A stretch of DNA of 64,000 bases from Pavona decussata. Its lineage: Eukaryota. The DNA is taken from contig CDRNST010000169.1 of NCBI GenBank assembly GCA_977016875.1, forward strand, positions 1,612,001 through 1,676,000. Reading direction: 5' to 3'. This document shows positions 12,229-24,700 of the stretch, piece after piece. Below the pieces are notes generated by a model. That model was not told the DNA's origin. It made no database searches and saw only the letters and a program-made list of their open reading frames with translations. Numbering within the stretch: the stretch's first letter is position 1; every line of letters begins with the position of its first letter. The translations under genes were made by a program, and so were the position numbers.

Positions 12229-13338
12229 ATCACGAAAATCCCGCCTTTTGATTCAGACGCCGAACTTAATTAGCTGAACTTAATTTACTTGAAGCAAAAC
12301 CAATTGAAAGGTTTTTTTTTTTAAATTTTTTATTTGAAATACGTTATAATATTTTATGCATTAGGTTCGGCTCATGAAAAGTTCGACGCCTGAATCAAAG
12401 CCGTTCCAAAGCCCAAATTCCCGGCTGAGCCAGGCGGGAAGAACGGCTGAGCCGTTCCAAATTGAAACAGCCGTTCTCAACTGATTCAGATGCCTAACTT
12501 TTCATGTACTTAATTCGAGGTATTAGGTTCGGCTCATGAAAAGTTCGGCGTCTGAACTGGGCCTAACACATTTTCATCTGTTCCTATTCTTTAGCTGAGA
12601 ATTCAAATGACAGAAATTTCCGACATGCCAAAATTTCCGACATGCTGTCGGCTTTCTATAACTTAAATTGTGTTTGTGTTTTTCCGAGAGTTCCCGAGAC
12701 GAAGTCGTGGGAAACATCAGGACTCGAGGGAAAACAAAACTAACTAGTTTCGCGAGGAAGCATACATTAAGTGCTTTGTTGTATATTTAGACTTTCGTTA
12801 TTTATTTAGCAAAACAACCAAACAACGAAGAGAGCAACAACTGAGAAATGGTATCCCGGTCGGGATACATTTATATTTGATCAGGGGCACGTGACCAAGA
12901 ATCAACCAATCACTGTGCTCGTTTTGTTGAGTGAAAGTCTAAGTATATAACAACAGCCATTATTAAAAACTGGATCATTGTATAATGCAATTCGAACGAT
13001 TTGATTGGCTTAGCGGCCATGGTATATGAGCCATTAAACCATGCCCGAGAAATAGAGACCATTAAGTTGTCCTCTCAGTGTTCTTGCAAAGTGAAATCAG
13101 CAAAATCTAGCAATATTTCTTGATTGTTTTTAATAAAACAATTATTCCACTCACGCTTGTTGGCATCTCATATCCAACGCGCGCTCGTGGAATAATTGTT
13201 TATTATACCATGCCCGAGAAATAAAGACGATTAATTTCTTTTCTGGTTGTTCTTGCAAAGTGAAAAGCAAGATCTAGCAAAATTTATTGGTTGTTTTTTA
13301 TAGAAAAATTATTCCACTCGCGTTTATTAGATGTGGTA

Positions 13339-13793
13339 CAGTACAAACCCGCGTGTAAGAACCTACATTTTTTGAAGTCTGGCTAAATAGGTTCTTTTAT
13401 TTTGGGGTAGTTATTGGCAATTTAGGGTAAGTAGGTTCTTAATTTCTATGACGGAGATATAGTTGTTGTTTCCATGAAAAATAAATATACTTAGGTTTGG
13501 TCCTTACATATACAGATATATTCACAACTGTACTTCGTAAAAACTCGTTTTCGTTTAAGAAATTAATACTCTTATTTGTAATTACAGTTTGGTATTTTCT
13601 TGCAATATAAATTTGCAATCTCGAAGTCAACTCTTTGGTTAAAATGTTTATCATAATTTAACTGTTACCCACATATAAGAACCTGCTTGATCTTGCTTGG
13701 CGAAACAGGTTCTTATCGTTTTGGGTATTAAAATGGCAAATTTCTGCCAGCAGGTTCTTAAACCACTAGATTCTTACACGCCGGCTTTTACTG
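13339..13793. mobile_element. TA-flanked MITE inserted in an older repeat
   Basis: cagtacaaacccgcgtgtaagaa / ttcttacacgccggcttttactg inverted ends with TA flanks. Confidence 0.7.
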
Positions 13794-13840
13794 TACGGAT
13801 TATAGCAAACTCGGCGCTACGTGCTTCCTTGGCTATCTAT

Positions 13841-15866
13841 ATATATGTTATTTACCGGGCGGGAGGTCCGTATGGTAAAAAACTGTGCCCGAGGTCTTGA
13901 GTACGGCCCGAGGCCGAAGGCCGACGGCCGTACTCACGACCATGGGCACAGTTTTTTACCATACGAACCGACCTAGACCGGTAAATAACTTATTTATTTT
14001 TTTCTGTTTGTTTGCTTTTTTTTCGCTGGGACGTGTGTAAGAGTGTAAGTTTAAGGCTGGAGGAGGAAAGTGGTAACAAAATCCTATGAAACAAATGTAA
14101 ATAGGGCATCAATTTAAGTGGCATGTTTATAGGAAGTTTAATTTTATTTTCACTCGCAAGTCATCATGTAAAAAAAGAAAAAACCATTTAAGAGTCATTG
14201 AAATGACAATCATCTGTCAAACGTCAAAAGTGGATGAATGTTGACACGCTGCAAATGATTACACGCATGTCCAAAAGGTCTAAAAATATCGATCGAATGA
14301 TAAAAATTGTGAATGAAGACTCAAACACGGCGAAGTTTACTTTTCTTAACGGCTCGATACATGTTTAAAACGTCCCTGGATTCGGTGAAAACTAACTTTC
14401 CAAAAGCAAGTTCAAGTTAATCTGAGTCTGAGTCATCTGAGATGATAATGTGGCGTTTTCGCGGCTTTGACGAGCCGAGCTTTCACCACTGCTGCAAGGC
14501 GCTGTATTGAAAGAGAAATTGAACGTGCAGCCTTCAACTTTACTGATGTTCGACCCAGCAAAAAAACCAGTGAAGGGATCCTCGCCTGAAGAAGCTTGCT
14601 TGTCTTCTCTCGGCTTGAATAGGTGCTGCGAGGCTTTGACTGCTTGATTAAGCGGTGCATCGTTTGAAGAGATGGGAGATTTCGTTTCGCTGCTCAGTAG
14701 CAAGGACATCTTGCGCTGGTGGTCTTCGGAAGCAGTTTTGTAGGAATCTAAGCTTTTTAAATTCTTATGTCCACTCAGCTGAACTACTTAATTAACAGGA
14801 ATTTCTGCATCCATCAGCCTCGAAATGCAGGTTTTTCGCACAGAATGGTTGGTTACATTTCCAGGCAGTCCTGCATTCTTCGCAGCCTTCGTCAAAAATT
14901 CTCCGATCTTGTTTTTTCCGAGAGGAGCTCGACTGTACCACTCCGGATCTGCAGGCTTTCTTTTGTGGTTTATTGCCAGGAAGAAAGGCGCCTCGGGTCT
15001 CTTCATTTCTTCACGACGATGGCTGGCGAACTTAAGATACAAATGAACTTGGCAGTGCTCGTTTTCGGTGGCGTACGATTTTGGATTAAAAGCTCTGCAA
15101 TGGCCGTCTCCTTGCCTTGTTTTCGATCCTCGTTCTGCTTTCCACACCAGGACCTGCTTTCCAGTGACAGGATCATTTTCTATTGCAATATCTCCCCACT
15201 GAAGTCTCCTACTCTCATCTCGTGCTCTAAATCCGAAGTGTAAAGACAGTACCCACCAAACTGTGCGCTGGAGAACTTCGGGGTCGTCTTCTCCAAAATG
15301 ACCTGTTTGAAACAAGAGGTCTTCTTCACCTTTAGTTAGCTCTCGGGCAGCCTGTGGACGATTTCCCTTCGCGTTAGCTCGTTAGGAGGAATGTTTTCCA
15401 AGGTTCTTGTCTCTCCAACTGAGGGACAGTATCTTCGCCAAATGTTCAGATCGTAAGTTGTCTTTTTTTTAGTGTTATCGGGGCGAAGTGAGTAAATAAA
15501 ATCTTAAATTTTGCTTAATTGCCTATCTTGTTCAACTTCTTCATATTTTAACGCCGTCGTTTCGTTGGGGGTTTCTTCTTCTGGGTAGTAAAATTCACTT
15601 TCGCTGTGTACACTCTCGTCTGAATCCAGTTTCCTCAGAATTTATACTTTCCTTACATATTTCCACGGGAAGTTGTTTACGTGTAACTGTTGCCTTTGTT
15701 TGTAAACTTTCGCAACAATTATTTCAATTTGCCGCGAATAGCGTGGATAAAAATCCGGACCGTGGTCCGTATCGTAAAAAGCTGGACCGGTTACAAGCGC
15801 GCGATTAGCCAATCAGATTCGAGGATTTGAGATTCCGGCCCTCGGAGTTGCTTCAGAAAAAAATAA
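13841..15866 (-). mobile_element. Crypton-type tyrosine-recombinase element (DUF3504/ZMYM-like), internally deleted
   Basis: ORF 14788-15315: LHFGFRARDE (catalytic R), ERGSKTRQG (K), NHSVRKT (HxxR). The host repeat ggctatctat|cacctcatatccaacg resumes on the far side. Confidence 0.82.
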
Positions 15867-15908
15867 CACCTCATATCCAACGCGCGCTCGTGGGATAATT
15901 GTTTATTA

Positions 15909-16517
15909 GGCCCGGTTCAGACGTAGTACTTCACATGAGCCGAATTCTAATTCGAATTTAGACCGACCCAAACTATTAATCTCGGCTGAATTGATTCAGA
16001 CGCCGAACTTAATTCAGCCAAAATTACAGTGCGACACGCCTTACCGTGGCTACCCAACAAACCTTTTTTTTTTTTTTTTTTTTTTTTGCAAGTTAACCAT
16101 TAAATACAAAACGACATGTTTTCAATAATTCGTTGTTACGTCACTTGCCTGTTGGACTTTGCAAGGAGGCGTGACCGCTAATGAAATTCGCGTACCCTGA
16201 TTGGCTCACTTGTGAAAAAAGGTTTGTTGGGTGGCCACGGTAAGGCACGTCGCACTGTAATACAATGAGGCATATTATGACTGAAGAAAATTGCAGATTT
16301 GTAATAATTTCTGCATTTGATTCGGCTCATGTGAAGTATGACGTCTGAATCAAAGCCGGTCCATAGCCGCTATTCCTGGCTGAGCCAGACGGAAAAATTG
16401 CTGAGCCGATCAGAATTAGATCGGCCGTTCGAAGTTGATTCAGACCCCGTACTTCACATGAACTTAATTCATTGAATTCGATTCGGCTCATGTGAAGTAC
16501 GGCGTCTGAACCGGGCC
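15909..16517. mobile_element. Harbinger-type MITE (TTA TSD) containing a nested TA-flanked MITE at 16027-16257
   Basis: TIR GGCCCGGTTCAGACG with TTA flanks; inner TIR CAGTGCGAC..GCCTTACCGTGGC..CCCAACAAACCTTTT. A related truncated copy lies at ~12245-12565. Confidence 0.8.
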
Positions 16518-18218
16518 TTATTTCGCACGACATATTTACCCCTCAGCCCGAAAAACAAATGGAATAGTTAGCTAGTTTTTCTTCACAGTTAAATCCGAGG
16601 CCTTTCCGAACAGATATCTCACCGACAAGAACCCGGCGTTAGATGTTCCTGATTAGTTAACTGACCTTTGGAGATCACAGAGTAACTGACCAGTAAAAGT
16701 GCCTGAAAATCTGCAGAGTATTTGAAGTCACACGTTTTAACACAACTGAGGTACATTTACTAAAAATCACGTTACTTTAGCTGACAATCACCTTAAGTTT
16801 TGGAACTTATTACAACATAAGCTGAAACGATTTGCTTAGCATTTTTACTTTTCAAGGAGGCTACAGTATTACCTCTTTTTTCATTGGACCTTTACGTTCA
16901 CTTTAATGAGTAAAGTGCGCATGCCGGCTCTCCCATACATCTCACGTTTCTGGGGGCGAGCAAGCGTTTCAGCGTGGACTGGGGTAAAAATGATACACAA
17001 ACGATAGCGTAGACGGGAAACATTTTATCCACTTTAGGGGCGAAAACGCCGTTATCAAATTTATGTGGATTAGTGTGGACGGGACTTCAGCCTTTCTCAT
17101 CAATCCCAATCAACAACAACTATTTATTTACAATTTCTGATATAAGTTGCTTGTCCCGCAAATAGCCACAAAGCTAGTCGAGGCAGGACAAGACGAGCAC
17201 GAGAACATAATGGAAAAAAAAATTACAATAAATTACAAAACATGCTGGAAAACGGAAAAGAAAAAAACTTGACTTTACATAATAACGCAGATGTAGATAA
17301 GGCTATGCAACAAAAGCCGAAAAATCCCTTCCTCCCCCACGAAAAAAAAAACAGCTCTTCCCATAAATAATCAACTGAAATGTTCTTTGAAAGAATAGAG
17401 ACATTTAACAAGCGCACCCAACGAAAACATGCTGTCTCCTGTTTTCCCAGATCATTTGGTGGCCATTTAAAGACTAATCCACTTAGCATGACCTGTTCGG
17501 ATGTCTTAGCTGAAAATTTAAGTCTTAGATAGTTTAAGGAAACGGAATTTTATTTCCTAAATTTACTAGCTGTTGTTGGCCTTACAAATATACTAGCTCA
17601 TCTTACTTCGCATTCTTAACGAGATACTTACCCCCCGAAAACGAAAGGATATCAGTTTTCCAGTGTTACGAAATTTTTCCGAACCAAACTTCACCGAAAT
17701 GAACCGTTTTGTGCCCCTGTGTAATCCACCCTACCGAAAAAGATGTCGACTTGTACATTTACCCATAATTCTTACCCTAAAATCGCTTATTATAATGCAT
17801 AGAAAAGTTCTACAAACTTCAAACCTAGCATACGCAATGTTGTTAGTGCAGGGACGAATTTAGAAAAGGTTTATGAAAAAAATATAGATATATGGGTTTG
17901 TGTTTGCCCGTAGGCTCTGTTACGTTCGCAAGGTATCGTCGAAAAATGTTCAGCCGCCATCTTTTCCCGTACGGTGAATATTAGCCTGTTCCAGGCTCCA
18001 AGAGGGACGCGCGAAGGAGAGGACGACGGGACGAAAACGAGGGGGGACTGGGGGAGAGAAAAAGAGGGGCCTCTTTTTCTCCCCAGTCTCCCCCGTTTTC
18101 GTCCCCTCGCCCTCTCCTTCGCGCATCTCTCTAGGTGGATATATTAAAGGAACATTATTCTTTTGTCACCCGTTAGCTATTCGGCTTGTTCAAAGTAGTA
18201 GCCGATCTCCCAGTATTA

Positions 18219-18224
18219 TTTATT
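18219..18224 (-). promoter_or_regulatory. Candidate polyadenylation signal AATAAA
   Basis: AATAAA on the minus strand ~400 nt after the stop codon; supported by position only. Confidence 0.3.
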
Positions 18225-18622
18225 TATAAAGGACACTATTTCACTTCTTCTTAAGAATAAAAAAAGTGAAAGAAAATAAATTTTAAAAGTTTGAAGAGAC
18301 AGGACTCATTTCTCCCAGAAAGTATTGAACAAGATATGAAATTATGAACCATGCTTGAAAGGTGGATTGTTACACGCATGCGTAACGCGTCAAGTCGTTC
18401 CACGCGACTGGTATAAGACACAGTTCTTGACATACTTTTTTGAAAAATCAAAATATTTAAACTGGATGTGGGTTGGGAAAATATGTAAATAAAAGTTGAA
18501 TTGTTCGACCCTCACATTGGAGGGAAGAGAGCAAGTTTTGACATGAAATGTTGAAACATTGAAACTAGATGTCAGGTGGTACATTCGGTTGTAAGGAAAA
18601 CTAAGATGGAGTGGATCAATCC

Positions 18623-18707
18623 TCAGGTAAAATACATCACCCCTTTCATTTTCTCGCTTACTTGAATAGCTCTGGCACACTTCAGCAAATCCATAGCTTC
18701 CGTGTTC
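18623..18707 (-). CDS. AGO: Exon 18: terminal exon ([27 protein letters not shown])
   Basis: Matches the AGO C-terminus AxAVQV...MYF; tttattgtag acceptor in the required phase 2. Confidence 0.92.
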
Positions 18708-21700
18708 CTACAATAAACAGAATTTAAAGGTAAAAAGTTAAAACGCACTCGGGACACAGGCCTATATAAAGTTAAACGCACTCGGCCCAAAGCCGGTACT
18801 TGTCCCCTGGGGCCGGGTTGGGGGAAGGGGACAGACCCCCACCTCAAAACTGCAAAGTAAAAGCTATGACTTGAGACTTGGAGGATAGGCACTATGTCCA
18901 ATGCTAAGGTGATTTGAAAATGGGAAAAATTGGAGACACGAAAATTTTAAAATTTGAAATTTACCGTTTATTTTTGTAATTAAGAGCGCCTGTCTGTAAA
19001 AATCAGACAAATTTTAAATTTCGTGGCAAGGGTGGAAAATTCGATTTATTTCATATTTTAATGTCAGATAGGCTAGGATATAACTAAAATTACTGTATAG
19101 TTTTTTCGGTGAAATATCCTTTTGTTTCAAAGAAAAATGCAAATAACGAAAATCCGTTAAAATCGTCATTTCAGGCGCTAAATTGTTACACGGGTTTGAG
19201 AGCCTCGCGTGCGAGAACAAATCATTCTACCGCTTTTAAAACACTAAAATCTTTTCTTACTATCTCTAAATATCTGTTGGAATGATTTTGGGAAATATTG
19301 CGTCGTTCTGTGTATGCGAAATAATTTAATTTCGAAGGCATACAATTCACTGCAGTAAAAGTACTTCGTGAATAAAATTAATTTTCACCATGTGCGAAAC
19401 CTTCAAATCGATTAAGCTTCTGGTGGTTGAATGTTAGAAGGATGGTCTATACATTGTTGTAAAAATTTCTTTGGGCAAATGATGAAGGGCGACGTGAGAA
19501 CTTTTCAAAGTCCGTACAAAATGCAAATATTTGCCCCCCCGCGGTAAACTTTAAAGTCGTGGGTCAGACATAATTCTTATTTTAGTCCGTGTTCATGTCT
19601 TGACCCATATTAGGTTAAAATAAGCACATAGAAAAACATTTCGAAATGTTCTAACCTTATAATATGGTAAAAGACAGGTCCAAATGCCATTTTAGCACGA
19701 TTCTCTGGTCGTTCGTCGCATAAGTTTGAGCCGGCTGTTTGTATTAAACGTCCGATGAGTCACCACGCAAACTGGTCGAATACGAATCTTTGATCAACTT
19801 TCGGCGCATTTCATCAAGACTGCATCTTCTTCGACGGCTAAGTCATTTGTGAGTATTGCTTGGTTTACAGTGCACGAAAACATTACATTTGATCGCTGCT
19901 AGAATGACAAAAATATGTCGGCGTTCAGTCTATCTTTCTCTATCTTGGACGCAAAACAATGTCCTGGATATTTTAGGGAGGGGGGGGTGGAGGAGGGTGA
20001 AAATGCGAAATGCTTGATAAGTGAACATGAACATGCTCAAGGCAACAACAACAACAACAATTAAAAAAGTGATACCTGTCGTTATGTTATTTTTCCCTTG
20101 CTAAAATCCAGATAATTTATGTATTCGCAAACTCATTTGCACGCGCAGTCATGGTTGTTGGGAGCATTGTCGTTGCGGGGGAGGGGATAAGGTTTTACTA
20201 AACAGTATCAGTATTTACTGATGAAGATCACTGCACATCCTTTAGCTAGTTCTTTCCACCTTTAAATGCAATAGATCCTAGTATGAAACCAAAAATATCC
20301 CTAATTGCAGGCATCTGTTTGTCATACTATGTTATGGGCATGGGCGTGGGCTAAAATGCTTGAAAGCTGCACTCGGTACTAGTCCTGGAATTAGTACATA
20401 CTCTAGCTTTGAAACACAAAACTGCAAAATTAAAAAAAAAAAAGATTTATTTAAGGAATTTCGTCTTTCCTTGCTTGCTTCATCTTTGATAAGCCCCAAA
20501 ATTAATTTATCACCGGTTGCAGGCTAGCACTATTTTTAGACAGTGTTAGACATGATAACAGCTTTTCGGGCCTTTATTTTTCTTACTCCTCTTAGTTATG
20601 CTAGTCCGTTCACCAAAAGTTGAAAAAAAATTACCTCAACTAAACAGCTTGCGCAAGGCTATAACAGCTTGTAAGTGTTAGGTTAATCGACTGGACATAA
20701 CTCTGATCGCTGCAGGTAAGTATGCTATCCTTGACAGGTAGATAGGGCTAGTAACAGGTTGTGGTCTGTTGACGTAACTGAAGGGAGGAGCAGAATCGAC
20801 TCCTATATATTGACTAATAAATGCAGTCTGAAATGTGAAAGAGCGTCTGTTTCCAACCTGATAGGCGACACTTAGGGCCTAGATAATGCCTTATTACTTA
20901 CGGACCAGAGGAGGGGTAGGGTGGGGAAGGGCGTAGGAGGAGATTGGTATAAAACCAGCCTGTAATAACTAATCTCCCTTCGAGTTACTGTTATACCTTC
21001 ACTTTCCTTGCCTAATTCATAAACCAATCATCATGCCACATGATGATTTCGACCTCAAATTTGATACGCTCTTCGCTCCTCCATTTTCCTAGTAATTTTG
21101 AAAACAAGTAAGCACCCCACACTGTCTCCCCCATCCCTCACAAAAAAAATGTTCCGATCCTTCAGTTGATAATAATAACCGGTGTTTATGTGGTGCTGGC
21201 GTGGGGTGGGGCTTCTGACAGGAGGCGTGCTCTCGGGACGGATGATGTTGTGGCCCACGCGCGTTACGTAACACCATAATTTCCTTCAGGTAGTATCCAG
21301 ATACGTTTGGTGGCTTGTACCGTGTAGTCGTAATGTTGTACCACCAACAAGGGCCTTGAAAAAACTACAACCCTCCATTTTCAGTGTAACAAACTTGACT
21401 TCAAAAAAAATTAACTTGTGCCCCCCTCAAACGGCGCCAAGTAACTAGCACGACCAGAATTTGTTTACCTAGTAACTATTTGGCGATTCTTTCTCACGCC
21501 GAATGGCCATAGCCATAGCCATAAATTCGACAGAAATCTTTAAGCGATTTTATTTTTGAATTTAGAAAGATCTTCATATTGTTTAATTTAGACATCATAA
21601 CTTTGATAGTATTTGAAAAACAACACACCTAACGAAGTAACACGCAGATGAATGAACACCCGAAGCTACAGCGGACCCAGACTTATTTACGGAAGAATGA

Positions 21701-24700
21701 AAAAATGGGTGATTCAATGTCCCCCTAGGATTCCACTAGCTCAGGAAAACAAACGAACGGCAATATTTTTCGCAGGGGTGCGCTCTTTCAATGCTATTTA
21801 TCAACTATTTATATGGAAAATGCGCTATTTGGGGTCATCTGCGTGCAGAAAAAAAAAGACCTTTCTCTTCGCTTTTTTAGTTTCATACTAGGATCTATTG
21901 TATCCAAAAATTTGTAGTTATCTCCATCAGTAAGTACTGATACTATTTTCGTAAAATGTAATATCCACCCTCCCCCCCCCCCCCCCTCGAACGCTCCTAA
22001 CAAGCCAGCCCGCGCGCGCAAACGAATTCGCGAATGAATAAATTATCTGGATTTTAGCAAGGAAAAAAGAATGAAGTAAAGGTATCACTATCTTAATTGT
22101 TGTTGTTGCCTTGGGTATACCTGTTCCAGTAATCAAGCATTTTCGCCTTTTCACCCTCCTCCACCCCCCTAAAGTGGCCATGGGTGGTATTGCGTGACAA
22201 ACAAACGGCTCCCTGCAATGCAAGACAGGCTGAACATCCTGAAAGCGCCGACATTTTTTGTCATTCTAGCAGCGATCAGATGTTATGTTTTCGTGCACTG
22301 TAAACCAAGCAATACTCTCAAATGACTTAGCCGTCGAAGAAGATGCAGTCGTGATGAAATGCGCCGAAAGTTGATCAAAGATTTGTATTCGACCATTTTG
22401 CGTGGTGACTCATCGGACGTTTAATGTAAACAACCGGCTCAAACTTATGCGACGAACGACCAGCGAATCGTGCTAAAATGGCATTTGGACCTGTCTTTTA
22501 CCATATTATAAGGTTAAAAAATTTCGAAATGTTTTTCTATGTGCTTATTTTAACCTAATATGGGTCAAGACATGAACACGGACTAAAAATTATGTCTGAC
22601 CCACGACTTCAAAGTTTACCGCGGGGGGGCAAATATTTGCATTTTGTACGGACTTTGAAAAGCTCTCACGTCGCTCTTCATCATTTGCCCAAAGAAATTT
22701 TTACAACAATGTATAGACCATCCTTCTAACATTCAACCACCAGAAGCTTAATCGATTTGAAGGTTTCGCACATGGTGAAAATTAATTTTATTCACGAAGT
22801 ACTTTTACTGCAGTGAATTGTATGCCTTCGAAATTAAATTATTTCGCATACACAGAACGACGCAATATTTCCCAAAATCATTCCAACAGATATTTAAAGC
22901 TAGTAAGAAAAGATTTTAGTGTTTTAAAAGCGGTAGAATGATCTGTTCTCGCACGCGAGGCTCTCAAACCCGTGTAACAATTTAGCGCCTGAAATGACGA
23001 TTTTAACGGATTTTCGTTATTTGCATTTTTCTTTGAAACAAAAGGATATTTCACCGAAAAAACTATACAGTGATTTTAATTATATCCTAGCCTATCTGAC
23101 ATTAAAATATGAAAGAAATCGAATTTTCCACCCTTGCCACGATATGTTTGATTTTTACGGACAGGCGCTCTTAAGTACAAGCATCTCCCCATTTCTTAAA
23201 AACTTGCTTGTCAAACATTGGTTGCCATGGTAACATTAAATTCAGTCAACCGCTACATACCGTACCAAATTGCTCCCAGAAACATGTCTGAAAAAGTCAC
23301 GACGTTTGGCGGCGTTTGTTCAAATATTAAAAATGTTATAAACGTTCAAATTCGGCGCGGGCACAATCCACTCCCCACGGTCTTTGCATTATAAGGCGAC
23401 CAAAGCCATTACAAAATTTTCGCCGTATTTTGTTATTTTTCTCCCTTATATATTATCGCCAGACAGCAACACAGTACGTTAAGATGTGTCATGAGGCGCA
23501 ATATACCCCAACAAAGAACTAGGAGATATCCGAAACATCGATTTCCCTACCCCACAACATCTTCATTGGTCACGTGGCATCTAGCTCGGAAAGCCGCCAA
23601 ATGGGCGTAATATGCCGGGGCTGGTATAGAGACACTGCGAGTGCACCGGGCGTACACGTGACACAGCTGATAAGTGAGCTGTTGAAGACTGTCGGCTGTG
23701 AAGTAGTTGTCGTCGTACAACACGTGATAATGGGCAGGTCGACTTGTTCCCTGAGGAAAAGGCCAGTTATTTATAAAAACAACAACAACAATAATAATGA
23801 TGATAATGATCACTTAAAATAACGAACAAACAGGAAGAGAAACAACATTAAAAAACAAACCCAAAAGTGGTCTAACTATTTACACTTAAAATCAGCGCCC
23901 GTTTGGTAAATCTTCCTGTCTGGTAATTCCAACACTATTAGCAACAAATTCCTCGAAGAAAACGTGTGTGAAGTGAACACGTCAAACTTTTAGAGCACGT
24001 CTTATCTTTTATTGAGGTGTTCTAACCATAACAACGTTATACAAAACATGTTCTTAGAAGTAAATGTTTCTAACAAGCTACAACTTGGTTCTACAGCAGG
24101 GAGATAAAGCGCCTCGAACCCAAATATTACCCTTTTACACGGAATACGATCCAAACGTGCCCAGTTTCAAACAAATCCTCACGGATAAGTGACACCTTTA
24201 TTCAGTAATACAATCAGTTTGCTCAAGACATTTTTGAGGAATCCCATCTTATATACTAAAATGATCGGGTAGGTCCTACTAACACATATTAGTGAGAGAA
24301 AACTAACTAAACCATTCAACGTGTCTTTAACAAAGCATTCAACGGTGTTTGTGTGAACACTAGCGTGAAAACCAAGGAACAAAGTCGCAGGTAAAATATA
24401 CATGAGAACAGCAATATTTGTCTTAATTTGGTGTCAAACATAGAAGTAAGCTTTAATTTGTTATCGAATATTTGCGTTTTATACATAACTGTGGACCAGC
24501 AACGAGTTTCTTTTTTACAGGCATGTTTTCCAGTGAGCTATAGTTAAGATAAAGCAGAGTTTCATTCAACCTCTCAGAAAAATTCCAGAACTGCGCGGTA
24601 CAACATTTCGTGTGCCGTTCTCATCTTCATCGCAGCGAATTATTATCTGAATGACCCACAACCTTCTCCCTTTTGGCCTCGTAGCTCAGTCAGTAGAGCA

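Noticed and set aside
23547-23813. TAG at 23547 as the true end of Argonaute
   Set aside because: A phase-matched downstream exon (18707-18623) supplies the conserved AIQV...MYFT C-terminus.
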